A DNA stretch of 64,000 nucleotides. It comes from Malacoraja senta (lineage: Eukaryota). The notes under the pieces are model-generated. The model was not told where the DNA came from. It did no database searches and saw nothing but the letters and a program-made list of their open reading frames with translations. Of the stretch, positions 39,486-52,971 are shown piece by piece; the first letter of the stretch is position 1, and each line of letters begins with the position of its first letter. The stretch lies in NCBI GenBank assembly GCA_038087875.1, contig CM075992.1, positions 5,210,001 through 5,274,000 on the forward strand, in the 5' to 3' direction. A program made the translations under genes and the position numbers.

Positions 39486-39867
39486 AGGGGGAGAGGGGAG
39501 AGAGAGGGAGAGGGGGAGAGGGGGAGAGGGAGAGAGGGGGAGAGGGGGAGAGGGAGAGAGGAAGGGAGGGAGGGGGGAGAGGGGGAGAGGGGGAGAGGGG
39601 GAGAGGGAGAGGGGGAGAGGGGGAGAGCGGGAGAGAGAGAGGGAGGGGGAGAGGGGGAGAGGGAGAGAGGGAGAGAGGGGGGGGAGAGAGAGGGAGAGGG
39701 AGAGAGGGGGAGAGGGAGAGGGGGAGAGGGAGAAGGAGAGGGAGAGAGGGAGAGAGGGGGAGAGGGGGAGGGAGAGAGGAAGGGAGGGAGGGAGGGAGAG
39801 GAGGGGAGGGGGGAGAGAGAGGGAGGGACAGAGGGAGAGAGGGGGGGAGGGGGGAGGGGAGAGGGAG

Positions 39868-39905
<38 letters not shown>
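39486..39905. repeat. Polypurine (G/A) low-complexity tract
   Basis: About 420 bp almost purely G/A, ending in (GA)n. Confidence 0.97.
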
Positions 39906-39909
<4 letters not shown>

Positions 39910-42203
39910 ACAGACTCCCCACCCTCTCCCCTTGCACGAGTACGGCACCTCTGGTGACTTGGCACTGGTAGGGTGCCGACGTCAGATGCTGCCCGTGCTC
40001 ATCCACCCCCTTCATAGTTACCCGACTGTGGGGCGGCACGGTGGCACAGCGGTAGAGTTGCTGCCCTCCAGCGTCAGAGACCCAGGTGTTCGCCTATACG
40101 GGGTTGTACATTCTCCCCGTGACCTGCGTGGATTTACTCATGGTTCTACGGTTTCCTCCCACACTCTAAAGACACACAGGTTTGCAGGTGAATGGGCTTG
40201 GTCAAATTATAAACTGTCTCTAGTATGTGTAGGATAGTGTTAGTGTGCGGAGGTCGCTGGGCAGTGCAGACTCAGTGGGCCGAAGGGCCTGTTTATGCGC
40301 TGTATCTCTAAACTGATACTAAACTAAACTAAGATGGCCTCCCATCAGCAAAAAGTGGAGATGCGCAGACACAAGGAACTGCAGGCACCGATTAGTGGAC
40401 AAAAAGCACAAAGTGCTGGAGGAACTCAGCGGGTCAGGCAGCATCTGTGGAGGGGAACAGATAGGCGATCTTTCGGGTTGGAACCTGCCTTGAGGCTGAT
40501 TGGAGAGAAGAGAGAATCTGCGGGCTGTTTTACAGCCTTTGGGCATCCAATCTGTGTTACAGTCATTGCAGTCCCCAGAAGAAGGGCCCAATGAAGAGTC
40601 TCCACCCGAAATGTCACCCATTTCCTTCCCTTCGGAAATGGGGCCTGTCCTGCAAGTTACTCCAGCATTTTGTGTCCGTCGACAGTGTAAACCAGCATCT
40701 GCAGTTCCTTCCCACACAGTCCCCCAGAAGCAGGGAACATCACCAAAGATTTAACACCGAACAAGATCCCATGGTGAGGGTGGTTGGAGAAAGTGTTTGT
40801 TTAAAAATGTGATGTTGGTGGAGTTACCTCTTCCTACACAGCATGAGAATGAATCATTTAGTTTAGTTTAGTTTAGCGACACAGTGTGGAAACAGGCCCT
40901 TGGCCCATCAAGTCCACACTGACCAGCGATCCCCGCACATTGACACTATCTTATACACTAGGAACAATTTATAATTTTACCAAAGCCAATTAAGTACAAA
41001 CCTGTACGTGTTTTGGAGCGCGGGAGGAAAAAACCAATGCGGTCACGGGGCGAACACACAAACTCCGTACAGGCAAGCACCCGCAGTCAGGATCGAATTG
41101 GGGGTCTCTGGCGCTGTGAGGCAGCAACTCTACCGCTGTGCCACCGTGCCACTGAGAATGGAACGCGATGCTCCCAAACAAGTCACTGAGATTAGCAAAG
41201 CCCCTAATATGGTTAAGTCCATGAGATGTAATGCACAAGTCTTGCAGCAAAACGTCAATGGCCTGAAACGTGAACTTGTTTTTATGACAGAGGTCATCGG
41301 CCAGAGCAACCAGCAATGGTTGTCCTGTCATGTGCTTCCAAATATGAAATGCCAAATTTGACAGCGAGGTCTTGGGAAAATGATCGCAAAACCGTTCGGT
41401 GTTTTTGTTTTCTATACATTCTCAAACTGAGAGCAGAAATTCCTATCTTGCCCTCATGGGCGGGAGGCTCACTTTGAAACAAGCGGACATTGTTTCTACC
41501 TTTGTACCTTGGCAAGCGGAACAGAACCATGCTACAAAAACACAGCATTACATCAGTATACAGCACGTACATCAGTATTTCCACGCTGTATCTCTAAACT
41601 AAACTAAACTAAATCAGTATACAGCACAATAACAGGCTGTTCGGCCCAACAGTCCATGCCAGCGTTTAGTTTAGTTTAGGGCGGCCTAGCGGTAGAGTTG
41701 CTGCCTTACAGCGCCAGAGACTCGGCTTCGATCCTGACTACAGGTGCTGTCTGTACGGAGTTTGTACATTCTCCCCGTGACCTGCGTGGGATTTCTCCGA
41801 GATATTCAGTTTTCTCCCACATTCCAAAGACGTACAGGATTGTAGGTTAATTGGCTAGGTATAAATGAAATTTGTCTCTAGTGTGTGTAGGGTAGTGTTA
41901 ATGTGCTAGTCGATCACAGACTCGGTGGGCCTGTTTCCCTTGCTGTGTCTCGAAACTAAAATGTGGAAACAGGCCCTTTGCCTCACCGAGTCCACGCCGA
42001 CCAACAGTCACCTGTATGCTTGTTCTATCCTACACACTAGGGACAATTTACAGAAGACATTAACCTACAAAAACACATGCCATTGGAATGTGGGAGGAAA
42101 CCGGAGCACCCGGAGAAAACCCACCCGGTCACAGGGAGAACGTACAAACTCCGTACAGACAGCACCGGTGGTCAGGATTGAACCCAGGTCTCTGGCGCTG
42201 TAA

Positions 42204-42590
42204 AACCCCTGTCCCACGGTACGAGTTCATTCCAAGAGTTCTCCCGAGTTTGCCCTGATTCGAACTCAGAGAGTTACGGTAATGGCCACCCGTCGGTACT
42301 CGGGGCTCTCGTGGACATTTTTCAACATGTTGAAAAATCTTCACGAGTCTTCCCGTGCTTACCTGCCGTCACCTCCAGTTTTAAATTCCATTTGGAATAT
42401 TTTGGAGGACCAAGAAACCAAGAACCAAGCGAGTCTTCCCGAGTACCTGCCGTTAGCGTTAAGAGCCACTAAGAGACGTCCCCGAGCTCCGACGTACCCG
42501 CTACGTTCATTCTCCGTGCTTACCACGAGCTTGATTTTTTTAAAACTCGGGAGAGCTCTTGGAATGAACTCGTACCGTGGGACAGGGCTA
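42204..42590. mobile_element. Harbinger-like MITE, family A (reverse orientation), inside a V-SINE head
   Basis: Splits the SINE sequence ggcgctg-taa-ggcagc. Carries an extra ~57-bp insert ending in (accaaga)n. Confidence 0.85.
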
Positions 42591-43679
42591 TTAGGCAGCA
42601 ACTCTACTTGTGGACCTCTCTATTTACCCCATGTACATCTTATCAGCCTAACTCATTCCTATCTCCCTGATGTGTCTGTTCAGCTTCCCCTCAAATGCAT
42701 CTTAATGAAACATTTTATAGGCCGCATTCCTGAGAATATTTTGTGGAAACAATTTTCATATATCTTAAAGACCGTGCAAAGTACATAGTGGTTATGTTGG
42801 GGAGAGATAAACTTTAAGCAGTGTCTTAAATGTGGAGAGAGAGGTGGAGAGGTTTTGGGAGAGACTGACAAAGCTAGAGGCATCGCTGCCAGCAGCCCAG
42901 TGATTAAAGATGCAGCACAGAGGTGCCACTGCTAGAGCTGCTGCCTCGCAATGCCAAAGACCCGGGTTCGATCCTGACCTCGGGTGCTGCCTGTGTGGAG
43001 TTTGCACGGTCTCCCTTGTGACTGGGTGAGTTTCCCCCCGGATGCTCCGGTTTCCCACCACATCCTTAAACCAGCATCTGCAGCTGCATCAATGTCTTGA
43101 CAGCCAATTAATCTCAGCAGGGTCAGGCAGCATCTGTGGAGGGAATCTGTGAAAGTCCCAACCCAAATGTCACCTATCCATTTCCTCCACTGATGCTGCC
43201 TGACCCGCCGAGTTCCTCCAGCACGGTTTTAAGAGAAACAGCGTAGAAATAGTCCCTTTGGCCCACCGAGTCCATGCCAACCAGTAATCACCCCGACACC
43301 AACACTATCCTACACACTAGGGACCCTTTAGGGACTCTCTGGAGTGCGGGAGGAAACCAGAGCACCCGGAGAAAACCCACGCGGTCACAGGGAGAACGTA
43401 CAAACTCCATACAGACAGCAGCCGTAGTCAGGTTCAAACCTAGGTTACCACTGTAAGGCAGCAACACATTGCTGCAATGCTCTATATGCTCCCAATAGCA
43501 AACTATCTGAAGGATCCCGAACCAAAACATCCCACGTCCTCCAGAGATGTTGCCTGGCCCGCCGAGTTCCTCCAGCACTTTTGTGCTTTACGCAAGATTC
43601 AAGCATCTGCAGTTCCTTGTGCCTCCAGCACAGTTCCCACTGGAGGCTTGGTGAGGGGGGAGGGGGGGGGGGAGTCTCT

Positions 43680-44300
43680 CCAAGACTTGGGAAAGGGCCA
43701 AGGATTGACCTGCAAGTTGGGAAAAGAATGCAGACGGCTTGGCCTGAAGGGGTCAGCGTGGCCATGGAGACATGCCTCAGGTCTCCGAGTGTCAGGCTTT
43801 TGCCTCCCCGCCATTCACTGGCTGGGCCGCCAGAAAGAGGTTACATTTTTACGGCGGCGGAGGGCGGAGAAGAATTGGACCCAAAGAAAAACCCATTTAT
43901 AAACGTCTCGGGCGAGAAGTGAAAAATGATTTTAAATGATTAACAATGGTGCAGAAGGAGTCGCCCCATTGTTGTTCTGCGGTGGTCATTTTGCCTCCTT
44001 TTGTTTTCTCCTAATGGACACAAGAATTAAGACTAAAACACAGCATTGTGGGAAGTGAAAGGGGGGGTCATGCGGGTCACCTGCCACACAATGCGGCTGA
44101 TTTAGGCTCCGAGCTCCGCTCTTCCACCGTTAAGAGTTCAGTGGCTGCATTCCTTCAGCTGCCGTCTCCACTGCTGCGGAAATAGGCAGATCACTAATCA
44201 TAAGCAGGGCCTGGGTAATTGAGGAACCGCACACACCCCTCCCTCTCAGGCAGCCCCTTTCTCTCGCCCAGCAGGTGAAATGGCACTCTGAACCATGCAT
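43680..44300. promoter_or_regulatory. Candidate intronic enhancer
   Basis: Repeat-free island with paired SOX-like sites, an RBPJ-like TGTGGGAA at 44047-44054, a DR3 GGGTCAtgcGGGTCA at 44065-44079 and E-boxes. Motif evidence only. Confidence 0.35.
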
Positions 44301-47300
44301 TATCCCCCTACCGAAAAACAGACTTGGCTTCACGTCGTCAGCTCCGACTCCTCAGACACTCCTTTTTCTATCCGTTGGAAAGAGGCATGTTGCCACAGCC
44401 TCCATCGGACTGGGGAATGAAGTAGATTGGTGATCTGTTCACTGTCCACTGGCCCAGGCCAGCTAAATCCCTCATCCCCCTCCCTCCCCCCCTCCCCCCC
44501 CCCCCACCCCATCTGCAAATGTCCTGTGCGCTGTATACATCAACCTAAACAGTCAAACAATGGTGTGACTATAAGGTTGCTGCCTCATAGTTTTAGCAAC
44601 TCAGGTTTGACTGTGCCTGGTAGATGAAAGTGCTGGAGAAACTCAGCGGGTGCAGCAGCATCTATGGAGTCCCTTCTTCAGACTGACTTCTTTTGACTGT
44701 GCCTGCACGGCTTGCAAGTTCTCCCCGTGACTCCGTGGGCAAGAGTCGTGAGATATGGTCAAGAGTGTCGGAAGGAACTGCAGATGCTGGTTTGCACCGA
44801 AGATAGAGACAAAATGCTGGAGTAACTCAGCGGGACAGACAGCATCTGTGGGAAAGGATTCGAGGAATAAGGGTCTCGACCCGAAACGTCACCCATTCCT
44901 TCTCTCCAGAGATGTTGCCTGACCCGCTGAGTTACTCCAGCATTTTGTGTCTTTCTTAGATACTCAAGAGTGTTTAGTTGTCATATGTACCGACAACTGA
45001 AACAAAGAAATTCTTACTTGCAGCACCATACCAGGCTGGTAAATACAAAACACATAGATAATATATAATCTATGATCTTTCTTTTTATTCTGGATTTTAA
45101 ACCATGGATTGTGTTTTTGTATGTAATTTATGTTGCTCATAAGTAATTTACTAAGCTTTTCTATGTATTTATCTGGACCTTGTCTGAAATATAGTTTAAT
45201 AAAATTAAAATTCAATAAATTAGTAACTACACTATTAATACAAAAAACTTCTTAGTGCAACCACAGATGGTCCATAGAAGTTCATAGTTGAGGCCAGTGT
45301 TGTGCAGTGTTCAAGAACCCTGTCGTTGTTGGGAAGAAGCTATTCTTGAAATGGTGTGCATGGGTTTCAAACTCCGTTACCTGCTTCCCGATGGCAAGAC
45401 TGAAGTGAGAGCATGGTCAGTCAGGGTGAAACAAGTCTTTGATACTGGCTGCCTTTCAACCAGGTGCTCTGGTTTCATCCCACATCCTAAAATGTGCAGG
45501 ATACTAGGTTAATTGGCCTCTGTAAATGGCCGCTAGTTTAGTTTAATTTAGCGCGGAAACAGACCCTTCGTCCCACCGAGTCCGCACCGACCAGCGAATG
45601 AATCCTCCACATTAACACGATCCTACACGCACTGGGGACAATTTACATTTATACCAAGCCAATTAACCTACAAACCTTTGGAGTGTGGGGGGAACCGAAA
45701 ATCTCGGAGAAACCCCATGCAGGTCACTGGGAGAACGTACAAGCTCCGTACAGACAAGCACCCATGGTCAGGATTGAACCCGGGTCTCCGGCGCTGCAAG
45801 GCAGCAACTCTACCGCTGCGCCACCGTGCCGCCCAGTGTGTGGACTGGTCGGTGCGGATGTGGTGGGCAGTGGGGCCTGTGTCCACGCTGTATCTCTAAA
45901 CTAAACTAAAAAAAGTGCATGGAAAAGTTTCGTTTTTTAGTTTAGTTTAGAGATACAGCGCGGAAACATGCCCTTCGGCCCACCGAGGTAGGTTCAAATC
46001 CAGAGGGCCAAAGGGCTTGTTTCCACAACGTGTGTCTCTCTATAGCCATCTACCCTGGTTGCCGGGGCAACCCCACTACACGGACCGCAGTAGTTTCAAG
46101 GCCTCAGAATTAAAGGCCGCTCTTTTAGAAAGGAGGTGAGGAGGAACTTCTTTCGTCAGAGGGCAGTTCATCTGAGGAACTCATTGCCACAGAGGGCTGT
46201 GGAGGCCAAGTTAGTGGATATTTTTAAGGCAGAGATAGACAAATTCTTGATTAGAACGGGTCTCAAGGGTTCTGGGGAGAAGGCAGGAAAATGGGATTAG
46301 GAGGCAGAGATCAGCCATGATTGAATGGCGGAGTAGACTCGATGGGCCGAAAGGCCTAATTCTACTCCTATAACTTGTGAACGCAGCAATTTCTCACACA
46401 CAAACAACATTGGGCAGTAAATGTTGGCCTCACCGACGATGCCACATGAAAATGATAAAAGATAATTGAGAGGCCGGAACTAGTGACCAAGAGTCATGAG
46501 ATCCAATCTCATTATAGCAGCTGGAAAAGATCAATTCAATTAATTCAATAAATCTTGAATAAAAATCTAGCTCCTTTGAGGATTAAAATATCATTTTGCT
46601 TCAGAAATAATCTGATGGGGAAAGAAGTTGATGTGACCAGCTTCACACGCTGTAATCCTTACGCTGGTCTGGTCTACGTGTGTTACTCTGTCTCTCTGGC
46701 AGTGCGTCGCTGAAAATGACTACAGACTAGACCCTCTGCCATATTTTCATCACCTCTTCTGATTATCTCCAGGAAGGCAGTCTGTGCAAATAAAATAAAC
46801 AGGGGATCCAGCATCACATGCAGACTAACACGGCAGCACAGTGGCGCAGCTGGTAGAGCCTCTGCCTGGGTTCAATCCTGACCTCGGGTGCTGTCTGTGT
46901 GGAGTTTGCACGTTCTCCCCGTGACCGCGTGGGTTTCCTCCGGGTGCTCTGGTTTCCTCACACATCTTAAAGGCGTTTGTCGGTTTATTAGTCTTGTAAA
47001 TTGACCTCTACTGTGTAGGGGAGTGGGTACAAAGCTGGGATAACAGAGAACTAATGTGAATGGGTGATGGATGGTCGGCATGGACTCTATGGGCTGGATG
47101 TGTCTCCATGCTGAACCACTACAGTGATCTTAATGAAGATGGCAGCGAACCAGACAATCCATGATCAGCAGGGCCTAATTAACTGAATTTAAATTCCCCA
47201 GCTGCCGTGCAGGGATCTGAACTAGTTGCTGGAGCCCATCCAAGCCTCTGATTACTAGTCCAGTAACATTCTCACGCTGCTACCATGGCCCGTGTAAAAA

Positions 47301-47949
47301 CCCGATGGCCGTGACTGAGTTTAGTATTCAAGGTCTGAGTGAGTATTGCAGCGTAGAGCATGGGATCTGCTCTCCCAACCCCTCGTCCTGCATGGAGAGG
47401 TTCACACCCCCCCACCCCCTCCGGTTACAAGGGGGCACAGTCATAGGTTACCCCCAGATAATGAAAACCTCACCCAGATGTAGAAGCCTTGCGTTTCCTC
47501 CCGCTCCCATTTTGCTCTGCCCCCCCCCCCCCCCCATTGTCTCACTCCCACTTGCAAGGATTTCCGGCAAAGTTATTATAAATCGGTTGCCATGGTTTTT
47601 CCCCCATGGGCGAATGAGAAAATGGCGGCACGGGTGGAGGTGCAGTGGTGGAGATGCTGCCTCACAGCGCCAGGGACCCAGGTTCGACCCTGACTAGGGG
47701 AGCTGTCTGCACGGAGTTTGTACGTTCTCCCCATGACTTGCGTGGGTTTTCTCCGGGAGCTCCGGTTTCCTCCCACACTCTACAGACACATCCAGGTTGG
47801 TATGTTAATTGGCTTGGTAATTGTAAATTGTCCCTGATATGTGTAGGATAGAGTTAATGTGCGGGGATTGCTGCCTCGGTGAGGTCTCTTTCCACTCTGT
47901 ATCTCTAAACTAAACTAAGCTCGATTCACCACTAGTCACCAGACATATA

Positions 47950-48405
47950 GTCAATAGTCAGATTTATTCGTCACCTACACAATGAAGTGCAGTGAAATGA
48001 ATTTGCCAGCAGCGGTACAATTAAAAAAAAACACATAATACACAATAAAAATTTAATACAAACATCCACCACAGCAATCATCACTGTGGTGGAAGGCACA
48101 ACGTTTAGTCAGTCCTCCTCCATTTTCCCCCCGTGGTCGGGACCACATCCCTCCGCAGTCGCCGCTGCGGGCGGCCAGATGTTCAGACAAGGTAACTCCT
48201 GAATCGGTGCTTCCCCTACCGGAGACCGCAGCTTCAAGATGGTGTAGGCCGCAGGGCCGGCGGTCGAAGATCTAAAGTCCCCGCCGCGCCGCGGTTAGAA
48301 GCACCGCAGACCGCGGCTTCAAACAATGTTGTAGGCCGCGGGCCGGCGGTCGGAGCTCTTCTCCAGGGATCCCTGCGAGGGATCCCGCTCCCGATGGTAA
48401 GTCCC
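47950..48405 (-). mobile_element. GC-rich non-autonomous retroelement (hairpin family)
   Basis: CpG-rich body, hairpin at 48065-48093, stem-loop with aataaa, and a (gactatt)n-like tail. Confidence 0.6.
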
Positions 48406-49667
48406 CACCATAATTGGCAATCTTTTCACCCCAAACACCATCTCATTGTTAAAGCACCGGGCAAGGAGTATTGCAGCTACTCAATGAGAAAGCAATATAT
48501 TGTTTGCAGGTAGTGCATTGGGAGAATGGATAGCTGGTAGAAACTCATGATGGATATATTTCACCATGAACTGAAGGTCACTCAATGTTTACTCAACAGC
48601 AATATAAAAAAAGGGAGTGATGCCTTCATTTTGAACAAGTTCCGATTAAATGACCTCAAAAGATTGGTGGTGGTAGGAGACAATTTGCAAAATTGATCAC
48701 CGGTTCAAAGATCATGCAGCTCTCCCTCTCTCAACCCCCCACACTTCTACCCTATCTACACTAAGCCTATTATCTTTAGGTTGCACAGTGGTGCAGCAAA
48801 TACAACCACTGCCTCACAACTCCAGTGAACCAAGCTTGATAGTGACCTTTGGAGCTGTCCAGTGTGGAGTTTGCACCCCTCTCCGTGACCAAAGGGGTTC
48901 CCCCTGGGTCTTCTGCTTCGCTCCCTCATCCGAAAGATATGCCGGATGATAGGTTAATCAGCCACTATCAATTCGTTTTTGGGTTTTAGCTTTTGTTTTC
49001 GACATACAGCGCAGAAACAGGCCCTTCAGCCCACCAAGACCACGCCGACCAGCGATCCCCGTACATTAGCACTATCCTACACACTAGGGACAATTTTAAA
49101 CCGACGCCAATTGACCTACAAATCCGCACGTCTTTGGAGTGTGGGAGGGAAACCAGAGAACCCGGAGAAAACCCACACGGTCACGGGGAGAATGTACAAA
49201 CTCCATACTAACAGCACCCGTAGTCGGAATCGAACCTGGGTCTCTGCCGCTGTAAGGCAGGAACTCTACCTTTTCCCCACCCTGCCGCCCCATTAGTGTT
49301 TCATAAAATCGTACATCATGGGGGAAAGGCCTTCGGCCCAACTTGCCCATGCTGACCAATATACCACGACTGGAATAGTTTCACATCTTGCGCCACGTGT
49401 CGGCGAGTGGTAGAATCTGGTGACAGGGGGTGAAGATGATGGGGAATGAGTGTAGAATAAAGGGCATTTAGCTATAAGGAGAGGTTGGTTACATTTGGTT
49501 TGGTTTCTCTGGTGCATCAGAGTCGAAGGAGCAACCACTACTCAGCACCCTGGTTGGGTTGCATGGTACCCTCTGCAATTCCCAGTGGTTTGCTGCATGC
49601 TCGCAGCAGCAGGGTTGCATTGTGGGATGAACTCCCCAGATGCAAGGCCTTGGCCTGGGCTGCAGTC

Positions 49668-50046
49668 GCTGCCTCAAAAAGGCTGGCAGTATCATCAAGG
49701 ACCCACACCATCCTGGCCACACACTCATCTCCCTGCTACCTTCAGGTAGAAGGTACAGGAGCCTGAAGACTGCAATGACCAGGTTCAGGAATAGCTGCTT
49801 CCCCACAGCCATCAGGCTATTAAACCTGGCCCGGACAAAACACTGAACTTTAATAGCCCGTTATCTGTTATTTGCACTTTATCAGTTTATTTATTCATAT
49901 GTGTATATATTTATATAATGGTATATGGACACACTGATCTGTTTGTGTGTCCATATGCCTACTCAATGCCTACTATGTTCTGTTGTGCTGAAGCAAAGCA
50001 AGAATTTCATTGTCCTAACAGGGACACATGACAATAAACTCACTTG
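49668..50046 (+). mobile_element. Rex/Babar-like LINE 3' end
   Basis: Encodes KKAGSIIKDPHHPGHTLISLLPSGRRYRSLKTAMTRFRNSCFPTAIRLLN and ends in tgacaataaa. A related fragment lies at 63880-64000. Confidence 0.75.
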
Positions 50047-51609
50047 AGGTGGGGCAGGAGTAGGTGGATGGGAGCTGATCCTTGGTGCACTGTCAGCCAT
50101 GGCCGAGCAGCCTTACCTTTCGGGATGCAACATGACTAACTCCATGGGAAAGTGCCTCTGGATCTGCCGTGACTCATAAAGGAGCAAGTCACTCCCTTCA
50201 AGGCACAGAATCACTCTGCAAGGACAGAAGGAAAATAAAAAAGCCCTGGCAAGGTTCAGTTCCTGTAAACCAGTCGTAACAAGTACGCACACCAGACTCT
50301 GGGACAGTTTCTTCCCATCAGTTTTCAGGATTCTGAAAGCTCCTTCAATAAGCTAGGATACTGTCCGATGCTGGTGTACCACAGTGCGGACATAAAAGGA
50401 ACGGAATACTTCATTGTCACATGTGAAACGACACTGTGAAATTGGACATTGTCTGTGGAACTGATGCACTACAATGCTGAGAACTGTATTCTGCCCTCTG
50501 TATCTTCAGCACTGTACTGGAGTTTGACTTGATGGAACAGTATTATCTGACCTGATTGGATTGCAAGTCAAACAATTCTTTTCACTGCACCTCGGCACAC
50601 ACAACAATAGTGATAAACCTGAACACGAACGGGTCGTCAGCCAGAAATGGGGCTGCAAATCAAGTTCGGACTTGGCAGAAGATCCAGCAAATCCACCCTT
50701 GCTTGTACACAAGCTGGCTTCAAAAGATAGGGAAGGCCAGTATGAAGTTACTTGTTCAGACACTAGTGGTAACCTATCCCAATCATCATCCAACCTAAGG
50801 TAGACAAAAATGCTGGAGAAACTCAGCGGATGCAGCAGCATCTATGGAGCGAAGGAAATAGGCAATGTTTCGGGCCCAAACCCTTCTTCAGACTGATCAT
50901 CCTACCTAGTCATCCAACGATGCTGCAGACTAAAATGGGTAATCGGATTGATGCATGTGCATGGATCTGATGGGCTGAATGGCCTTGTGTGTGGTGATAA
51001 TAAGTACAAAGTTATTTTTTTTAGTGTTACCCCCCAAAATATTTTCCTGGCCTTTTTTCTCCCCATGCTCACAACCACCTCAAGATGCACTTTAAAATAC
51101 ATGTGGTAGATGCTTTGGAGGAAGGGTTCTCCAGTGCACAGGGTGGTGCAGATGGTCCACAGTAAGTACAACACGCTGGGACCATTTCTCCATCAGCCAG
51201 AGTGGAGGCAGATTCTTCTGCAATCTTTCTTCCAGGTGAAGGGTTATCAAGATGAAAGAATGAAGCCCAGCCTGGAATTGGGTAAGAGGGGGAGTGTTCC
51301 TCTTCAATTGACCTGGGGTAGAAGACCAGTGGGTGTCCGGGTAGAGCATTTGAGTAAGGGTCCAGAAGCCATGTGATGCCTCGTCCAGGAATATACCCAA
51401 CCAGACTTGGCACGTCGCCTTGTGGTTGGCTCATAACCGCAACTTGGGAGAGACAATAACATTGGCAGCGCCACCACGCCTGCTACCATTAACCAAATAA
51501 GGAAAAAACGTAACTGAGAATAGATCTTACCCACATGTTTATATCTGCTGAAAATGTAGCACGAGGCATGGGAGGTCATGATTGAAATCAAGGAATCTTT
51601 ACCCTGCAG

Positions 51610-51885
51610 GAAAAAAGACACAAAGTGCTGGAGTAACTCAGCGGGTCAAGCAGCATCATTGGAGAACATGGACAGGTGACGTTTTGGGTCGGGACCCTTC
51701 TTCAGGCTGAAGATCCATCTCAGTCTGAGGAAGGGTCCTGATCCGAAACGTCACCTATGAAGTCTGAAGAGGGCCCCGACCCAAAACGTCGCCAATCCAT
51801 GTTCTCCAGTGATGCTGCCTGCCCCGCTGAGTTACTCCAGCACTTTGTGCCTTTTTTTGTAAACTCGCATCTGCAGTTCCTCATT
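51610..51885. mobile_element. Penelope-derived fold-back element with two tandem plus-strand hammerhead-like motifs
   Basis: CTGAGGA-A-GGGTCCTGATCC-GAAACGTC at 51725-51752 and CTGAAGA-GGGCCCCGACCC-AAAACGTC at 51764-51790, plus a minus-strand copy at about 51677-51705. Confidence 0.75.
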
Positions 51886-52653
51886 TCTTCCCTTCAGGAA
51901 TCTCAAGAGACCAACTAGTCAGACAATCAAATATTCTGAAACCATGACTGTGGCTGAATTGGTATACAAATACCGCGTGCTTGGGGATCATGTGCCTGTT
52001 TTACCTATATAATGTTGGTGAAGAATGTGCTCCCCTCCTGCTAATGCTGACAATATCTATTTATTTACATTTAAAGGCACCTCCCAATCAATCAGTCTCA
52101 GAAGCAGGTGAATATAGTTCCGAGTTTGTTCCGATAGATCGCTGCTGGCAGATTGCCCATGAAATAGACAATTTTTAGTGACGGTAAACGTCTCAAATTT
52201 TTTTTAAATAATTAGATTTGAATGTTTAGAATTTCAATTTTCATGTTCGTCATTCTTAGATGTTCGATTTCATTACTAAAGTTAATAAAAAAAAATAATA
52301 AATTGATGAATTCATTTAGACAGGCAGCCCCATTGATCAAAACTGTAACTGGAATGTAATCATTCAATGTCCAGCAGCCCATTGTCTCGAAGCAACTGTT
52401 ATATTGAAGGCTGAAGGGCCGGTCCCACTTATGCGATTTTTTTTCGGCGACTGCCGGCACCCGTCATAGTCGCAGCAGGTCGCCGAAAATGTTCAACTTG
52501 TTGAAAATCCTTTGTTGATGTTCCATTCCAATAACATCACCGTTTCTAAGCTCTCCTCATTCTTCCACAAAAACTCTTTTCCTGGCCTTTCTTCTTCCCA
52601 TGCCCACAACCATCTCAATTATATCATAATTGATATATCATGATTTAGTTAAT

Positions 52654-52971
52654 GGCAGAACGTTGGCGCAGCGGTAGAGTTGCTGCCTTACAGCGAATGC
52701 AGCGCCAGAGACCCGGGATCGATCCCGACTACGGGTGCTGTCTGTACGGAGTTTGTACATTCTCCCCGTGACGTGCGTGGGTTTTCACCGAGATCTTCGG
52801 TTTCCTCCCACACTCCAAAGACGTGCAGGTTTGTAGGTTAATTGGCTTGGTAAATGTAAAAAGAAATTGTCCCTAGTGGGTGTAGGATAGTGTTAATGTG
52901 CGGGGATCGCTGGGTAGCGTGGACCTGGTGGGCCGAAAGGGCCTGTTTCCGCGCTGTATCTCTAAACTAAA
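52654..52971 (+). mobile_element. HE1-like V-SINE, head-insertion subfamily
   Basis: Complete copy with ttacagcgaatgcagcgccag, as at 21766-22154. Confidence 0.88.

Noticed and set aside
39058..40039. Pro/Ser/Leu-rich and Gly/Glu/Arg-rich ORFs
   Set aside because: They are translations of the polypurine tract and the N gap.
51041..52618. Roughly 40-bp similarity between about 51042-51082 and 52578-52618 as LTRs or a TSD
   Set aside because: Too short and diverged, with no TG..CA ends, PBS or PPT. Left unexplained.
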